A stretch of DNA of 64,000 nucleotides from Candidatus Fervidifonticultor secundus (GCA_031459385.1 JAVKIP010000016.1:1-64000), one strand, 5' to 3'; numbered from the stretch's first letter, positions 38,435 through 49,204 are shown. The notes: generated from the sequence alone by a model not told the origin. Numbers and translations are program-made.

Positions 38435-39318
38435 CGCAGCGTCCGGTTCATGAGCTTCACGTAGGCCCAGACCGCCAGCGCTGTGAGCCCGAACAGCACC
38501 ATAGAGAGCGCCGACCCCAGGGGCCAGTTGAAGGCATCCAGCAGTTTCTGCACGATGATGATGGGCATGACCAGCACGTTGTTGCCGCCCAGGAGGATCG
38601 GGATCACGTAGGAGCTCACCGCCAGCACGTACACCAGCAGCGTGCCCGCGAAGACGCCCGGCAGCGACAGCGGCCAGGTCACCCGGCGGAACGTCGCCCA
38701 CGGCGACGCGCCCAGCGAGCGGGCCGCCCGTTCGAGGTCGGGCGGGATGTTCTGCAGGGCGCCGGCGACAGACAGCGCCATGAACGGCAGGTAGACGTGC
38801 ACCAGGCCCACCACGATGCCGAAGACGTTGTACATCAACGGCAGCTCGGGCCCGCCCAGCCACCGCACCAGGGTGTTGACCAGCCCCACCCGTCCCAGGA
38901 TGATCATCCAGCCGAAGCTCCGGATCACGACGCCGACCAGCAGCGGCGAGATCAGCAGCATCAGCAGCCACCCGCGACGCCGCGTCGGGGCCCGGGCGAT
39001 GTAGTAGGCCACGGGGTAGCCGAGGACCAGGGTGATGGCGGTGGTGAGCAACGCGTACCAGAACGTGTTGAGCAAAATCCGCCAGTAGAACAGATCGCCC
39101 AGGGCCTGCGCGTAGTTGTCCAGCGTGAAGACCCGCAGGTACGGGCCATCGGGCGGCTTGAAGAGGAAGCTCATGTAGACCATGTTGGCGTAGGGCACCG
39201 CGAAGAACGCCAGCAGGAACACCAGCGTCGGGGCCATGAGCAGGCCGTTCCAGGCGCCGCGCCGCCGCGCCGCCTGCGGGAGCGGCGCCCGGGTGGTGGC
39301 AGACGCCGCGCGGGCCAC
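38419..39318 (-). CDS. ABC permease (PotB-like)
   Basis: LGYPVAY, VIRSFGW, YLPFM, LERAARSLGA, NWPLGSA. Confidence 0.9.
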   Translation of the reverse strand: MARAASATTRAPLPQAARRRGAWNGLLMAPTLVFLLAFFAVPYANMVYMSFLFKPPDGPYLRVFTLDNYAQALGDLFYWRILLNTFWYALLTTAITLVLGYPVAYYIARAPTRRRGWLLMLLISPLLVGVVIRSFGWMIILGRVGLVNTLVRWLGGPELPLMYNVFGIVVGLVHVYLPFMALSVAGALQNIPPDLERAARSLGASPWATFRRVTWPLSLPGVFAGTLLVYVLAVSSYVIPILLGGNNVLVMPIIIVQKLLDAFNWPLGSALSMVLFGLTALAVWAYVKLMNRTLRWTTP

Positions 39319-39320
39319 GC

Positions 39321-40373
<1,053 letters not shown>

Positions 40374-40383
40374 CGGCGCGCTC

Positions 40384-41451
40384 CTAGCGGAGGATCTCCC
40401 GGTTCCAGCGCTCGATCATCCGCTCGCGGTTGCCGGCGTTGACCCAGTCCCAGTCCCACTTCATGATCTGCCGGATCTGGGCCTGGGTGTGGACGGGAAT
40501 CGCCTGCGCCAGATCTCCCGTGATCTTCACCTTGCGGTTGGCGGGGGTCCAGAAGTACTGGCGCGCCCACTTCTCCTGCACCGGCACCGACAGGAAGTAG
40601 TTCACCCAGGCGAAGGCCAGGTCCTTGACCTTCGAGCCGGCGGTGACGTTCGTGTCCTGCTCGAACATGAAGACGCCCTCCCGCGGGAAGACCCACTCGA
40701 GGGGCACGCCCTGCCGCTTCAACCGGGCGGCGGCCGGCGCGTCGAGGATGCCCACTGCGGCCTCGCCGCGCGTGAGGATGATCTCCATGTCGCCCGAGAA
40801 GTCGGTCTGGCGGAAGGGCTTGAGCTCCTGGATCTTCTGGAAGGCGACGTCCATGTTCTTGTCGTCGCCAGCGTAGATCCGCGAGATGAGCATGAGGAAC
40901 ATGGGCGTGGCCGAGTTGGCGATGCTGTAGATGACCAGCTTGCCCTTGTACTCGGGCTTCCACAGGTCCTTCCAGCTCTTGGGCGGGCTCTGGATGACGT
41001 CGGTCCGGTAGGCGATGCCCAGTGGGCCGACCAGGGTGATGACGCCCACGTCGCCTTTGTAGCGCAGATCGGGCCAGACGTCGACCAGGTTGGGGACTTT
41101 CTGCGGGGTCAGCGTTTCGAAGAAGCCCTCTTTGCGCACGGCCGAGACCCAGGTGGTGTTGGCGATCACCACGTCGTAGGGCGGGTTGCCCCGGCCGGCC
41201 GCGCGGAGCTTGGCCACCCAGTCGCGCGAGAGGCCCACGGCCAGCTCCACTTTCGCGCCGGTCTCCGCCTCGAAGCCGGGCACGATCTCCTTGCGCATGA
41301 ACTGCTCCCACGTGCCGCCGTAGCTGGTGACGATGAGCGTCTGGCCGGCGAAGCGCGGCTGGGCGGGCGCGGGCAGGGGGCCGCCGAGGAGCACCAGGGC
41401 TGCGAGCAGGGCCAGGACCGTTGCCGGTCCCCTGCGGGCTGCGAATCGCAT
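40384..41451 (-). CDS. ABC substrate-binding protein (PotD-like)
   Basis: Signal peptide; TSYGGTW, PPKSWKDLWKPEYKGK; SD GGAGGAGG. Confidence 0.88.
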   Translation of the reverse strand: MRFAARRGPATVLALLAALVLLGGPLPAPAQPRFAGQTLIVTSYGGTWEQFMRKEIVPGFEAETGAKVELAVGLSRDWVAKLRAAGRGNPPYDVVIANTTWVSAVRKEGFFETLTPQKVPNLVDVWPDLRYKGDVGVITLVGPLGIAYRTDVIQSPPKSWKDLWKPEYKGKLVIYSIANSATPMFLMLISRIYAGDDKNMDVAFQKIQELKPFRQTDFSGDMEIILTRGEAAVGILDAPAAARLKRQGVPLEWVFPREGVFMFEQDTNVTAGSKVKDLAFAWVNYFLSVPVQEKWARQYFWTPANRKVKITGDLAQAIPVHTQAQIRQIMKWDWDWVNAGNRERMIERWNREILR

Positions 41452-41515
41452 GGTACGGGCCACCTCCTCCGGTACGGATGCGTGCTTCTTCATGCTATGC
41501 AAGCCAGCGGCGGGA

Positions 41516-42346
41516 TCACGAACGGACCGCCGGCGCGGCCGAGGCAGCCGCGACGGCCGCGTCCCACGGGCGATCGCCTGCGATGGCCCGGGCGATGCCA
41601 GCGGCGGCGACCTGCAGCGCGGCCACGACAGCACCCACGCGCTCCGGGCCCAGGCGCGACGCAGGACCGGCCACCGACAGGCCACCGATCAGGAGGCCGT
41701 CGGCCAGGATCGGCACCCCCACGCCCGCGACGTCGGGCGTCAGTTCGCCGACACTGTAGGCGTACCCGCGCCGGCGCGTCGCCTCCAGTTCGGCTGCGAG
41801 CGCCGCCGGGTCGGTGAGCGTGTGGGACGTGACCTGCTCCAGCGGCCGCGCCAGGTAGGCCGCGACCTGCTCCGGCGGCAGGTAGGCCAGCATCGCGCGG
41901 TTCGACGCGCCGGCGTGCAGCGGCCAGGGCCTGCCGACCGGCAGCGTGAGCTTCAGCGGATGTCCGCTCTCCTCGACGTCGATGACGATCGCCGAGGCGT
42001 CCTGGGCCACCAGGAGGAACGCCGATTCGCCTGTTTCGCGGGCCAGGCGCGCGAGGTACCCTCGCGCCACCGCGCGGAGGTCCACGCTCCGCCGCGCGAT
42101 GTCGCCCAGACGCGCCAGGCGCAGGCTCAGGCGGTACTCGCGGGCCCGGCGGTCGTAGACCAGCAGCCCGCCGCCCTCCAGGGAGGCCAGCAGGCGGTGG
42201 GCGGTGCTCCTGGGAAGCCGCAGCAGCGCGGCGACTTCCGGCAGCCCCACGGCCCGACGCCCGTCGTCGAACAGCCAGAGCAGTGAGAGGGCGCGCTCCA
42301 CAGTCTTCAGCCGGCTGGTCTCGGCTCCGCGGCGTGGTCTCGGCAC
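41516..42346 (-). CDS. IclR family regulator
   Basis: TVERALSLL, LPRSTAHRLL, PLHAGAS, LEATRRRGYA, SVAGP. TATAAT on the minus strand at 42378-42383. Confidence 0.93.
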   Translation of the reverse strand: MPRPRRGAETSRLKTVERALSLLWLFDDGRRAVGLPEVAALLRLPRSTAHRLLASLEGGGLLVYDRRAREYRLSLRLARLGDIARRSVDLRAVARGYLARLARETGESAFLLVAQDASAIVIDVEESGHPLKLTLPVGRPWPLHAGASNRAMLAYLPPEQVAAYLARPLEQVTSHTLTDPAALAAELEATRRRGYAYSVGELTPDVAGVGVPILADGLLIGGLSVAGPASRLGPERVGAVVAALQVAAAGIARAIAGDRPWDAAVAAASAAPAVRS

Positions 42347-42501
42347 AGCCTATTCCTCATAGTGAGATACCGATCCCATTATATGCCGACAGTTCGCGTC
42401 AGCACAGAGGACTCCTCTCGCAGCCCGGCCTGCCCTTGCTCAGCAGGGAAGCGCCTCCGCGTGGCCAACCACATCAAATATCCTGCCTTGGGGGTGGTCC
42501 G

Positions 42502-44169
42502 ATGACCAACGACCGCACTGCAGGAACCCGCGCGGTGTTCCGGCGCGACCTCCTGCGCTACGGCGCAGCTGGCGCCGGCGCCCTCCTCACGTCTTCCGCT
42601 TCCGCGTGGGCTCGCCTGGCGCTGGCGGGCCCTCAGCCAGCCGCCGAGCCGAAGAAAGGCGGCACGCTGGTCATCGCCTGGGAGGCCGACCCGGGCGTGC
42701 TGGTGCCCGGGCTCTCCACCGGCGGCGCCACGGTGCGCGCCCTGGTGCTGATGTACGACAGCCTGGTGCACGAGGACCTCACCAAACCCGCGGGACAGGT
42801 CGACTCGCCACCCATCACCCCGGGGCTCGCCGAGCGCTGGACCATCTCGCCCGACGGGATGACCTACACCTTCACGCTGCGGCGCGGCGTGAAGTTCCAC
42901 GACGGTACCGAGGTGGACGCCGAGGCGGTCAAGTTCAACTTCGACCGGGCGATCGACGAGCGCCATCCGTTCTTCGACGCCACCCTGCGCTCCATCAACT
43001 TCTCCCTGGTCGGCTACCGCGTCATCAAAGAGACCCGGGTCGTCGACCGGTACACGTTCCAGCTGCTCCTCACCGAGCCGTTCCCGTCGCTGCTGCGCAA
43101 CCTGGCGACCCGCACCACCGGCATCGTCAGCCCCACGGCGATACGTCGCCTGGGCAAGGACCGCTTCGCGCTGGCGCCGGTGGGCAGCGGGCCGTTCAAG
43201 TTCGTGGAGCAGGAACGCGGCGTGAAGGTGGTGCTCGAGCGCAATCCCGACTACTGGGGCGGTGCACCGCTGCTGGACCGCGTCGTCATCCGGCCCATCA
43301 TCGAGGCCGCCTCGCGCGTGGCCGCCCTGGTGGCCGGCGAAGTCGATGTCATGGTGGTGATCCCGCCCGACTCCGTGCACCAGCTCCGGTTCAACCGCAG
43401 CATCCAGGTCGCCTTCGCAGGCCCGCCGCACATCTGGTTCTGGATGCTGAACTGCCGCGCGACGCCCACGCGGGACCGGCGCGTCCGCCAGGCGCTGAAC
43501 TACGCCGTCAACCGCGAGGGGCTGGTGAAGGACATCCTGCGCAACACCGCCACCGTCGCCCGCGGTCCGTTCCCGCCGGGCAACCCGGGCTACGCCAAGG
43601 ACAACGTCGCGGGGTACACCTACGACCCGGCGCGGGCGCGCCGGCTGCTGGCCGAAGCCGGATTCCCCCAGGGGTTCGAGATGAAGTGCTTCTACCCCGC
43701 CAGCGGCACCGGCATGATGGTGCCCACGCCCATGAACGAGTACATCCAGGCCAACCTGCGCGACGTGGGCGTGCGCGTCAGTTTCGACGTGCTGGAGTTC
43801 GGGGCGTTCATCGCCAAGGCGCGCCTGGGGCTCGACGACGAGACCGGGGCACTGCAGACCTCGTGGAGCAGCAACGACCCGTGGTGGCTGGAGAGCATGT
43901 TCCACTCCGATCTGCACCCGCCCAAGGGCAACGTGCGGACTTGGTACAAGAACCCGGAGGTGGACCGGTTGCTGGACCAGGCCCGGCGCGAACTGAACGA
44001 AGCGCGGCGCCTGCAGCTCTACCGGCAGGCCGAGAAGATCATCGTCGACGACGCGCCGTGGATCTTCGTCTGCCACGACCGGAGCCCGATCGCGTACCGG
44101 GCCAAGGTGCAGAACTTCGTGGCGCCGCCGTCGTGGAACTTCGACCTGCGCCAGGTCTGGTTGCGGTAA
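42502..44169 (+). CDS. Tat-exported peptide ABC substrate-binding protein (family 5)
   Basis: FRRDLL twin-arginine leader; SPDGMTYTFTLRRGVKFHDG, PVGSGPF, VRQALNYAVNR. Confidence 0.92.
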   Translation: MTNDRTAGTRAVFRRDLLRYGAAGAGALLTSSASAWARLALAGPQPAAEPKKGGTLVIAWEADPGVLVPGLSTGGATVRALVLMYDSLVHEDLTKPAGQVDSPPITPGLAERWTISPDGMTYTFTLRRGVKFHDGTEVDAEAVKFNFDRAIDERHPFFDATLRSINFSLVGYRVIKETRVVDRYTFQLLLTEPFPSLLRNLATRTTGIVSPTAIRRLGKDRFALAPVGSGPFKFVEQERGVKVVLERNPDYWGGAPLLDRVVIRPIIEAASRVAALVAGEVDVMVVIPPDSVHQLRFNRSIQVAFAGPPHIWFWMLNCRATPTRDRRVRQALNYAVNREGLVKDILRNTATVARGPFPPGNPGYAKDNVAGYTYDPARARRLLAEAGFPQGFEMKCFYPASGTGMMVPTPMNEYIQANLRDVGVRVSFDVLEFGAFIAKARLGLDDETGALQTSWSSNDPWWLESMFHSDLHPPKGNVRTWYKNPEVDRLLDQARRELNEARRLQLYRQAEKIIVDDAPWIFVCHDRSPIAYRAKVQNFVAPPSWNFDLRQVWLR

Positions 44170-44235
44170 GGGCACGGGCGGGTCAGGCACCGCCGGCGAG
44201 GCACATCGGACGGGCGGGGGCGCGGGAGGGAGGCG

Positions 44236-45186
44236 GTGGGCCGATACGTCGTCCATCGGCTGGCGCTGGCGGCCCCGGTGCTGTTGGGGATCTCGGTCGT
44301 CGTCTTCTTCATGCTGAAGCTGGTCCCGGGCGATCCGGCGATCGCCCTGCTGGGCCCCCAGGCCGAGCCGCGAGACATCGAGATGCTCCGGCGGGCCTGG
44401 GGGCTCGACCGCCCGCTGCATGCGCAGTACCTGACGTGGCTCGGCCACGTGCTCCGGGGCAACCTGGGCCTCTCGCTGGAACAGCGCGTGCCCGTGGCCG
44501 ATCTCGTGCTGACCCGATTCAAGAACACGGCTATCCTGACCGTCGCCAGCGTGCTCCTCTCGCTCGCCCTGGGCCTCACGGCGGGAGTCGTGAGCGCCAC
44601 GCGGCCCCGGTCCCTGTTCGACCGGCTGACCATGGTGGCGGCGCTCTTCGCCAACAGCATGCCGGCGTTCTGGCTGGGCCTGGTCCTGATCTTCATCTTC
44701 TCGCTGCGGCTGGGCTGGTTTCCCGTCAGCGGCATGTCCTCGGTCCGCGGCGAAGGAGGCCTCGCCGACCTGCTGCACCACCTGGTCCTCCCGGCGGTGA
44801 CGCTGGGCGGTGCCACGACCGCCATCGTGGCGCGGCTCACGCGCTCCAGCATGCTGGAAGTCATCCGGCAGGACTACGTGCGCACGGCGCGCGCCAAGGG
44901 GCTCGTCGAGCGCCGCGTGGTGGTGGGACACGCGCTGCGCAACGCGCTCCTGCCCGTGGTGACCGTCGTGGGGCTGCAGGTCGGGTTCCTGCTGGGCGGG
45001 GCGGTCCTGACCGAAACCGTCTTCTCGTGGCCGGGCGTCGGCCTGCAGCTCTACCGGGCGATCTCCACCCGCGACATCCCGCTGATCCAGGGCAGCGTGC
45101 TGCTCATCGCGGTGACGTTCGTGGTGATCAACCTGGTGGTGGATCTGCTCTACGCGCTGCTGGACCCACGGATCCGGTACGCTTAG
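44236..45186 (+). CDS. ABC permease DppB type
   Basis: PGDP, SMPAFWLG, DYVRTARAKG, ETVFSWPGVG, DPRIR. Confidence 0.93.
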   Translation: MGRYVVHRLALAAPVLLGISVVVFFMLKLVPGDPAIALLGPQAEPRDIEMLRRAWGLDRPLHAQYLTWLGHVLRGNLGLSLEQRVPVADLVLTRFKNTAILTVASVLLSLALGLTAGVVSATRPRSLFDRLTMVAALFANSMPAFWLGLVLIFIFSLRLGWFPVSGMSSVRGEGGLADLLHHLVLPAVTLGGATTAIVARLTRSSMLEVIRQDYVRTARAKGLVERRVVVGHALRNALLPVVTVVGLQVGFLLGGAVLTETVFSWPGVGLQLYRAISTRDIPLIQGSVLLIAVTFVVINLVVDLLYALLDPRIRYA

Positions 45187-46106
45187 GTACCGCGCAGGCG
45201 CGGGTCGAGCGCGTCCCGCAGCCCGTCGCCGAGCAGGTTGAAGCCCAGCGTGACGATGAAGATCACCAGGCCCGGGATCGTGGCCACGTGGGGCGCCACG
45301 GCCAGCACCTGTCGGCCAGCCGCGAGCATGGCGCCCCAGTCGGCGGCCGGCGGCTGCACACCCAGGCCGAGGAAGCTGAGCCCCGCGGCGAAGATGACCA
45401 CGCGCCCGGTCTCCAGGGTGGCGTAGACGATCACCGACGGCAGCACGTTGGGCAGCACGTGGCGCATGACGATACGCACGGTACTGGCGCCCAGGCAGCG
45501 CGCGGCCTCGACGTACTCGCGCTCGCGGACCGAGAGCACCAGGCCGCGGACCAGCCGCGCGAAGATCGGCACGGAGACCACCACGATGGCCATGACGACG
45601 TTCTGCAGGCCGGGGCCCAGGGCGGCCGCGATGCCGATGGCCAGCAGGATCGAGGGAAACGCCAGGACGACGTCGAGGGTCCGCATGGCGACCTGGTCGA
45701 TCCAGCCGCGGGCGTAGCCGGACGCCAGGCCCAGCGCGAGGCCGAGCGTCCCCGAGATGAGCACGGGGAAGAAGGCGACCCACAGCGAGATGCGCCCGCC
45801 CCACAGCAGCCGGCTGGCGATGTCGCGGCCGATGTCGTCGGTGCCGAGCAGATGTCCCGACGTGCCCGGCGGCAACAGGCGCGCGGCCGCATTCACCCGG
45901 TAGGGGTCGTGGGGCGCCAGGTAGGGCGCGAACACCGCGCCCAGCACGGCCAGCAACACCACCGCGAGCCCGGCGACTGCGAACCGGTCCCGGCGCAGGC
46001 TGCGCCAGACGATGGCGGTTTGCGAGACCACCGGCCGCGCCATGAGGTCCGCAGCCTGGGTGGTGGCCTGCTCGTCCGCGCGGGGGAGCATGAGGGGCGC
46101 ACGCAT
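45183..46106 (-). CDS. ABC permease DppC type, convergent with dppB
   Basis: HLLGTDDIGRD, YVEAARCLG, LSFLGLG, NLLGDGLRDALDP; start 46106 or 46043. Confidence 0.92.
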   Translation of the reverse strand: MRAPLMLPRADEQATTQAADLMARPVVSQTAIVWRSLRRDRFAVAGLAVVLLAVLGAVFAPYLAPHDPYRVNAAARLLPPGTSGHLLGTDDIGRDIASRLLWGGRISLWVAFFPVLISGTLGLALGLASGYARGWIDQVAMRTLDVVLAFPSILLAIGIAAALGPGLQNVVMAIVVVSVPIFARLVRGLVLSVREREYVEAARCLGASTVRIVMRHVLPNVLPSVIVYATLETGRVVIFAAGLSFLGLGVQPPAADWGAMLAAGRQVLAVAPHVATIPGLVIFIVTLGFNLLGDGLRDALDPRLRGT

Positions 46107-46139
46107 GGGATCGGCGTCTCCGGTGGATCGAATCGAAAG

Positions 46140-46166
46140 GTTCCACAGCGGCGGGCCCCGTCCTGT
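46140..46166 (-). promoter_or_regulatory. Putative sigma-H-like promoter (ACAGG-N18-GAAC)
   Basis: Upstream of the inverted dppC-type gene on its own strand. Confidence 0.5.
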
Positions 46167-46191
46167 TACCGGCGGGCTCCGAGGAGGGATC

Positions 46192-46386
46192 ATGGATACG
46201 CCTGACGAGCAGGTCGCGCGGATCGTGCTGGCCGCGGCCGTGAGGCTGTTTGGCCTCCCCCTGGCCGCCGACGACGAGGCCCGGGTGGGCAGGGAGTGGG
46301 CCGAGTTCCTGACCGATGGTCGGCGGATCGTGGCCGCGCTGCCGGCCGATGCGGAGCCAGCGCCGACGTTCTCTGCGGGGGAGTAG
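46192..46386 (+). CDS. Small AtzG/HpxX/GatC-like amidase partner (64 aa)
   Basis: SD GAGGAGG; MDTPDEQVARIVLAAAVRLFGLPL...LPADAEPAPTFSAGE; stop 1 nt before the amidase GTG. Confidence 0.7.
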   Translation: MDTPDEQVARIVLAAAVRLFGLPLAADDEARVGREWAEFLTDGRRIVAALPADAEPAPTFSAGE

Positions 46387-46387
46387 C

Positions 46388-47845
46388 GTGCCCCCGGAGG
46401 TCCCACCGCCGGATACGATCGCCGCCGCCGGCCTGGCCCTGGCCCGGCGGGCGCTCTCGCCGGTCGACCTGGTGGAGGCCTGTCTGGCCCGCATCGCGCG
46501 GTATGACGGCATGCTGCGCGCCTACGTCACCGTCACGGCCGACCGCGCCCGGGCCCAGGCCCGCGCCGCCGAGCAGGAGATCGTACGCGGCGGCTGGCGC
46601 GGCCCGCTGCACGGCATCCCGCTGGCGCTCAAGGACATCGTGCAGACCGCCGGGATCCGCACCACGTGCGGGTCCCGGGTGCTCGCGGACTGGGTGCCGG
46701 GCGAGGATGCCACGGTCTGGCGCCGGCTGGCCGCAGCCGGCGCGATCCTGCTCGGCAAGCTCAACATGCACGAGTTCGCGTTCCGCGTGCCGCATCCCGA
46801 CTTCCCCACGCCGCGTAACCCGTGGGACCTGGAGCGATCGTGCGCGGGGTCGAGCAGCGGCTCGGGCGCTGCCGTGGCCGCGGGCCTGTGCCTGGGCGCG
46901 CTGGGCACCGATACCGGCGGCTCGATCCGGCTCCCCGCGGCGTACTGTGGCATCGTCGGGTTGAAGCCGACCTACGGCCTGGTGAGCCGCGCCGGCGTCG
47001 TGCCGCTGGCCTGGACGCTCGACCACGTGGGACCGATGGCGCGCACCGTCGAGGACGCCGCCATCCTGCTGGAGGCGATCGCGGGGTACGATCCTGCCGA
47101 CCCGGCGTCGGCGCGCCGCGCGCCCGAACCCTACCGGGCCGGACTGGGGCGAGACCTGCGGGGGGTGCGGGTTGGCGTCGTGCGGCAGCTGCTGGAAGGT
47201 GTCGTGGCGCCGGAGGTCGTGGCGGCTACCACTGGGGCGGCCGGCGTCCTGCGCGATCTTGGACTGCGGGTCGAGCCCGTGGAGCTGCCGCGGCTCGACG
47301 ACGCGCTGACCGCCTATCGGACCATCGTCTTCTCCGAGGCCGCAGCCTACCACCAGGCGCAGCTGGCCGCCCGCGCTGGCGACTACGGCCCGCGGCTGCG
47401 GGAGCAGCTGGCCCTGGGCCTGGCAATCCCCGCAGCGCAGTACGTGAACGCGCAGCGCCTGCGCCGCGAGGTCATCCGGGCGCTGGGCGCGCTGCTGCAG
47501 CAGGTCGACATCCTGCTGTGCCCGAGCGCCCCCGCCGAAGCGCAGCCCATCGGGCAGCAGGGTGTGGCCATCGATGGGGTGCTCCACGACAGCCCCGTGG
47601 TGATCTCGCGGTTCACGAGCGTCTTCAACATCGCCGGGCTCCCGGCGATCAGCGTGCCGTGCGGATTCTCGCCGGGCGGCCTGCCGCTCGGCCTCCAGCT
47701 CGCCGGCCGGCCGTTCGCCGACGGCCTCGTGCTGGCCGTGGCCTGGGCCTACGAGCAGGCCACCGGCTGGACCGGGCGGCGGCCGCCGCTGGGGCCCGGG
47801 CTCATGACCGGGCGACCGGCCAGGCCCGGCAGCGGCCACCGCTGA
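46388..47845 (+). CDS. Amidase signature enzyme (GatA/AtzE/HpxW-like)
   Basis: GPLHGIPLALKD, GKLNMHEFA, AGSSSGS, GTDTGGSIRLPAAYCG, GLKPTYG. Confidence 0.93.
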   Translation: MPPEVPPPDTIAAAGLALARRALSPVDLVEACLARIARYDGMLRAYVTVTADRARAQARAAEQEIVRGGWRGPLHGIPLALKDIVQTAGIRTTCGSRVLADWVPGEDATVWRRLAAAGAILLGKLNMHEFAFRVPHPDFPTPRNPWDLERSCAGSSSGSGAAVAAGLCLGALGTDTGGSIRLPAAYCGIVGLKPTYGLVSRAGVVPLAWTLDHVGPMARTVEDAAILLEAIAGYDPADPASARRAPEPYRAGLGRDLRGVRVGVVRQLLEGVVAPEVVAATTGAAGVLRDLGLRVEPVELPRLDDALTAYRTIVFSEAAAYHQAQLAARAGDYGPRLREQLALGLAIPAAQYVNAQRLRREVIRALGALLQQVDILLCPSAPAEAQPIGQQGVAIDGVLHDSPVVISRFTSVFNIAGLPAISVPCGFSPGGLPLGLQLAGRPFADGLVLAVAWAYEQATGWTGRRPPLGPGLMTGRPARPGSGHR

Positions 47846-47857
47846 ACGGCCGCGCGA

Positions 47858-48184
47858 TCACCGCCCCGGGGGCGCGTACCTGACCTCCCTGGCCTTGGCC
47901 GCCGCGCGGTCGAACTCCTCGGGTGTCAACAGGACAGTGGTCGTGCCCCGAAACGCGCCGGCGGCGCCGATGGCCAGCGACAGCGCCGCGGCCGACGCGT
48001 TGTCTGGCGCGTCCACCAGCACGACCACGTCGTCGGTCCCGAAGGCGAAGTAGAACGCTTCCATCTTGGCGCCCGCGCTCTCGATCGCCTGGCGGGCAGC
48101 CTCGCGGCGCTTCGAACCGCCATCGCTGAGGACGCCGCGCACACCATCCAGCGTGTACGACCCGTGGAACAGGTATTTGGGCAT
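47858..48184 (-). CDS. GYD domain protein
   Basis: MPKYLFHGSYT..G, YFAFGTDD, TTVLLTPEE; typical size (108 aa). Confidence 0.8.
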   Translation of the reverse strand: MPKYLFHGSYTLDGVRGVLSDGGSKRREAARQAIESAGAKMEAFYFAFGTDDVVVLVDAPDNASAAALSLAIGAAGAFRGTTTVLLTPEEFDRAAAKAREVRYAPPGR

Positions 48185-48275
48185 GGGATGACCCCCCTGG
48201 CGCCGGTGTGCTCCCGGCAGGCAGCGGCAGCGAGACGCCGAAGAGCACTGTCTGGCAACGGGAGCCACCGGAGCC

Positions 48276-48302
48276 CTTCGGGGCGATAGTGACCGTTCCT
48301 GC
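48276..48302 (-). promoter_or_regulatory. Putative sigma-H-like promoter (GCAGG-N18-GAAG)
   Basis: About 90 nt upstream of the GYD gene on the same strand. Confidence 0.5.
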
Positions 48303-48391
48303 CGTTCGCGAGCCCGGCCCGGAGGCCGACGGCGCGCCGGACCTGCTGGCGGCCGCGGGCGCCACCTGCGATTCGAGCCAGGCGCGTCGGG

Positions 48392-48902
48392 TCAGCGGTG
48401 CCGGGCCATGCGCAGCCACGCCAGCATCCCGGCGAGCCCCAGCAGCGTGCACGCGTAGTGCACAGGGTATAGAAAGCACCCGCCACGAAGAGGGGGTCGC
48501 CGGCACGAGCGGCCACAGCGGCGTGATGTCGGCATGGATGAGCGCGTCCAGGAGGACGTGGGAGATCCCCCCTGCGGCACCGCTGGCCACGGCTGCGTCG
48601 GGGCCGATGGGGACCAGCGCCGCCCCCATCCACGCCGGGAGGTCCGGCTGCTTCCGTCGAAGCCAGGCTGTGACCACGTTGAGGGCGGGCCGGCCGAGCA
48701 CGGCGGCCAGGACGCCGATGAGCATCGCCCCGATGAAGCTGTGGACGGGGCCATGGTGAGGCTCGACGCCGAAGAGCAGCGCCCGCGCCGGCTCCAGATC
48801 CAGGGCGACCTGCACGAGAGCGAAGATGCGGAGGCTGAAGCGCCGGCCGGTCAGGGGCTTCGCCGCGATGGCCGGCCCGAGGTGAAAGGGCGTCAGCGGC
48901 AC
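48392..48902 (-). pseudogene. Membrane-bound metal-dependent hydrolase-like gene (DUF4184/YdjM-like) with apparent frameshifts
   Basis: PLTPFHLGP, DLEP, HHGPVHS, SHVLLDALIHAD..PLWP; plausible C-terminus continues in two other frames (GDPLFVAGAFY; PVHYACTLLGLAG..*). Confidence 0.6.
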
Positions 48903-48957
48903 GGGATCGTGTGTGTCACCCACTCGGGCGCGTCGCCCACCACCGTCGCCGGTGCGA

Positions 48958-49045
48958 TGGTGCGGAAGGGGAGATTTGAACTCCCACGGGCTTGTGGCCC
49001 ACAGGCTCCTGAGGCCTGCGCGTCTGCCAGTTCCGCCACTTCCGC
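48958..49045 (-). tRNA. tRNA-Leu(CAG)
   Basis: GCGGAAG acceptor stem, TGGCGGAACTGGCAGACGC D-arm, CAGGC-CTCAGGA-GCCTG anticodon arm, long variable arm, GTTCAAATC, encoded CCA. Confidence 0.97.
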
Positions 49046-49091
49046 GCGATGGACGGGAGCCGTGCGCGGCACGGCCAGCCGCAGCACCCTG

Positions 49092-49121
49092 AGGATAGCC
49101 CGGGCGCCGGGACGCCGTCAA
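49092..49121 (-). promoter_or_regulatory. Sigma-70/A promoter for tRNA-Leu
   Basis: TTGACG-18 nt-TATCCT on the minus strand. Confidence 0.6.
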
Positions 49122-49204
49122 GGCGACGTGCGCCGGGCGCCATCCGCCACCAGGCCGCGGCGCTGCGCGGGGTAGGGCTGCGGGGCAGACTATACTGGAG
49201 ACCG

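Noticed and set aside
42379..46512. Very long ORFs (1377 aa minus, 1199 aa plus) and similar ones such as 29426-32425, 55789-58341 and 5397-7823
   Set aside because: Antisense or off-frame shadows of well-supported genes; Arg/Pro/Gly-rich with no motifs, as expected in very high-GC DNA.
46192..47845. gatC-gatA of the tRNA amidotransferase
   Set aside because: No gatB, and the catabolic context fits an AtzE/HpxW-like amidase better.
47858..48960. Integrative element at tRNA-Leu
   Set aside because: No integrase and no direct repeat of the tRNA 3' end found by eye.
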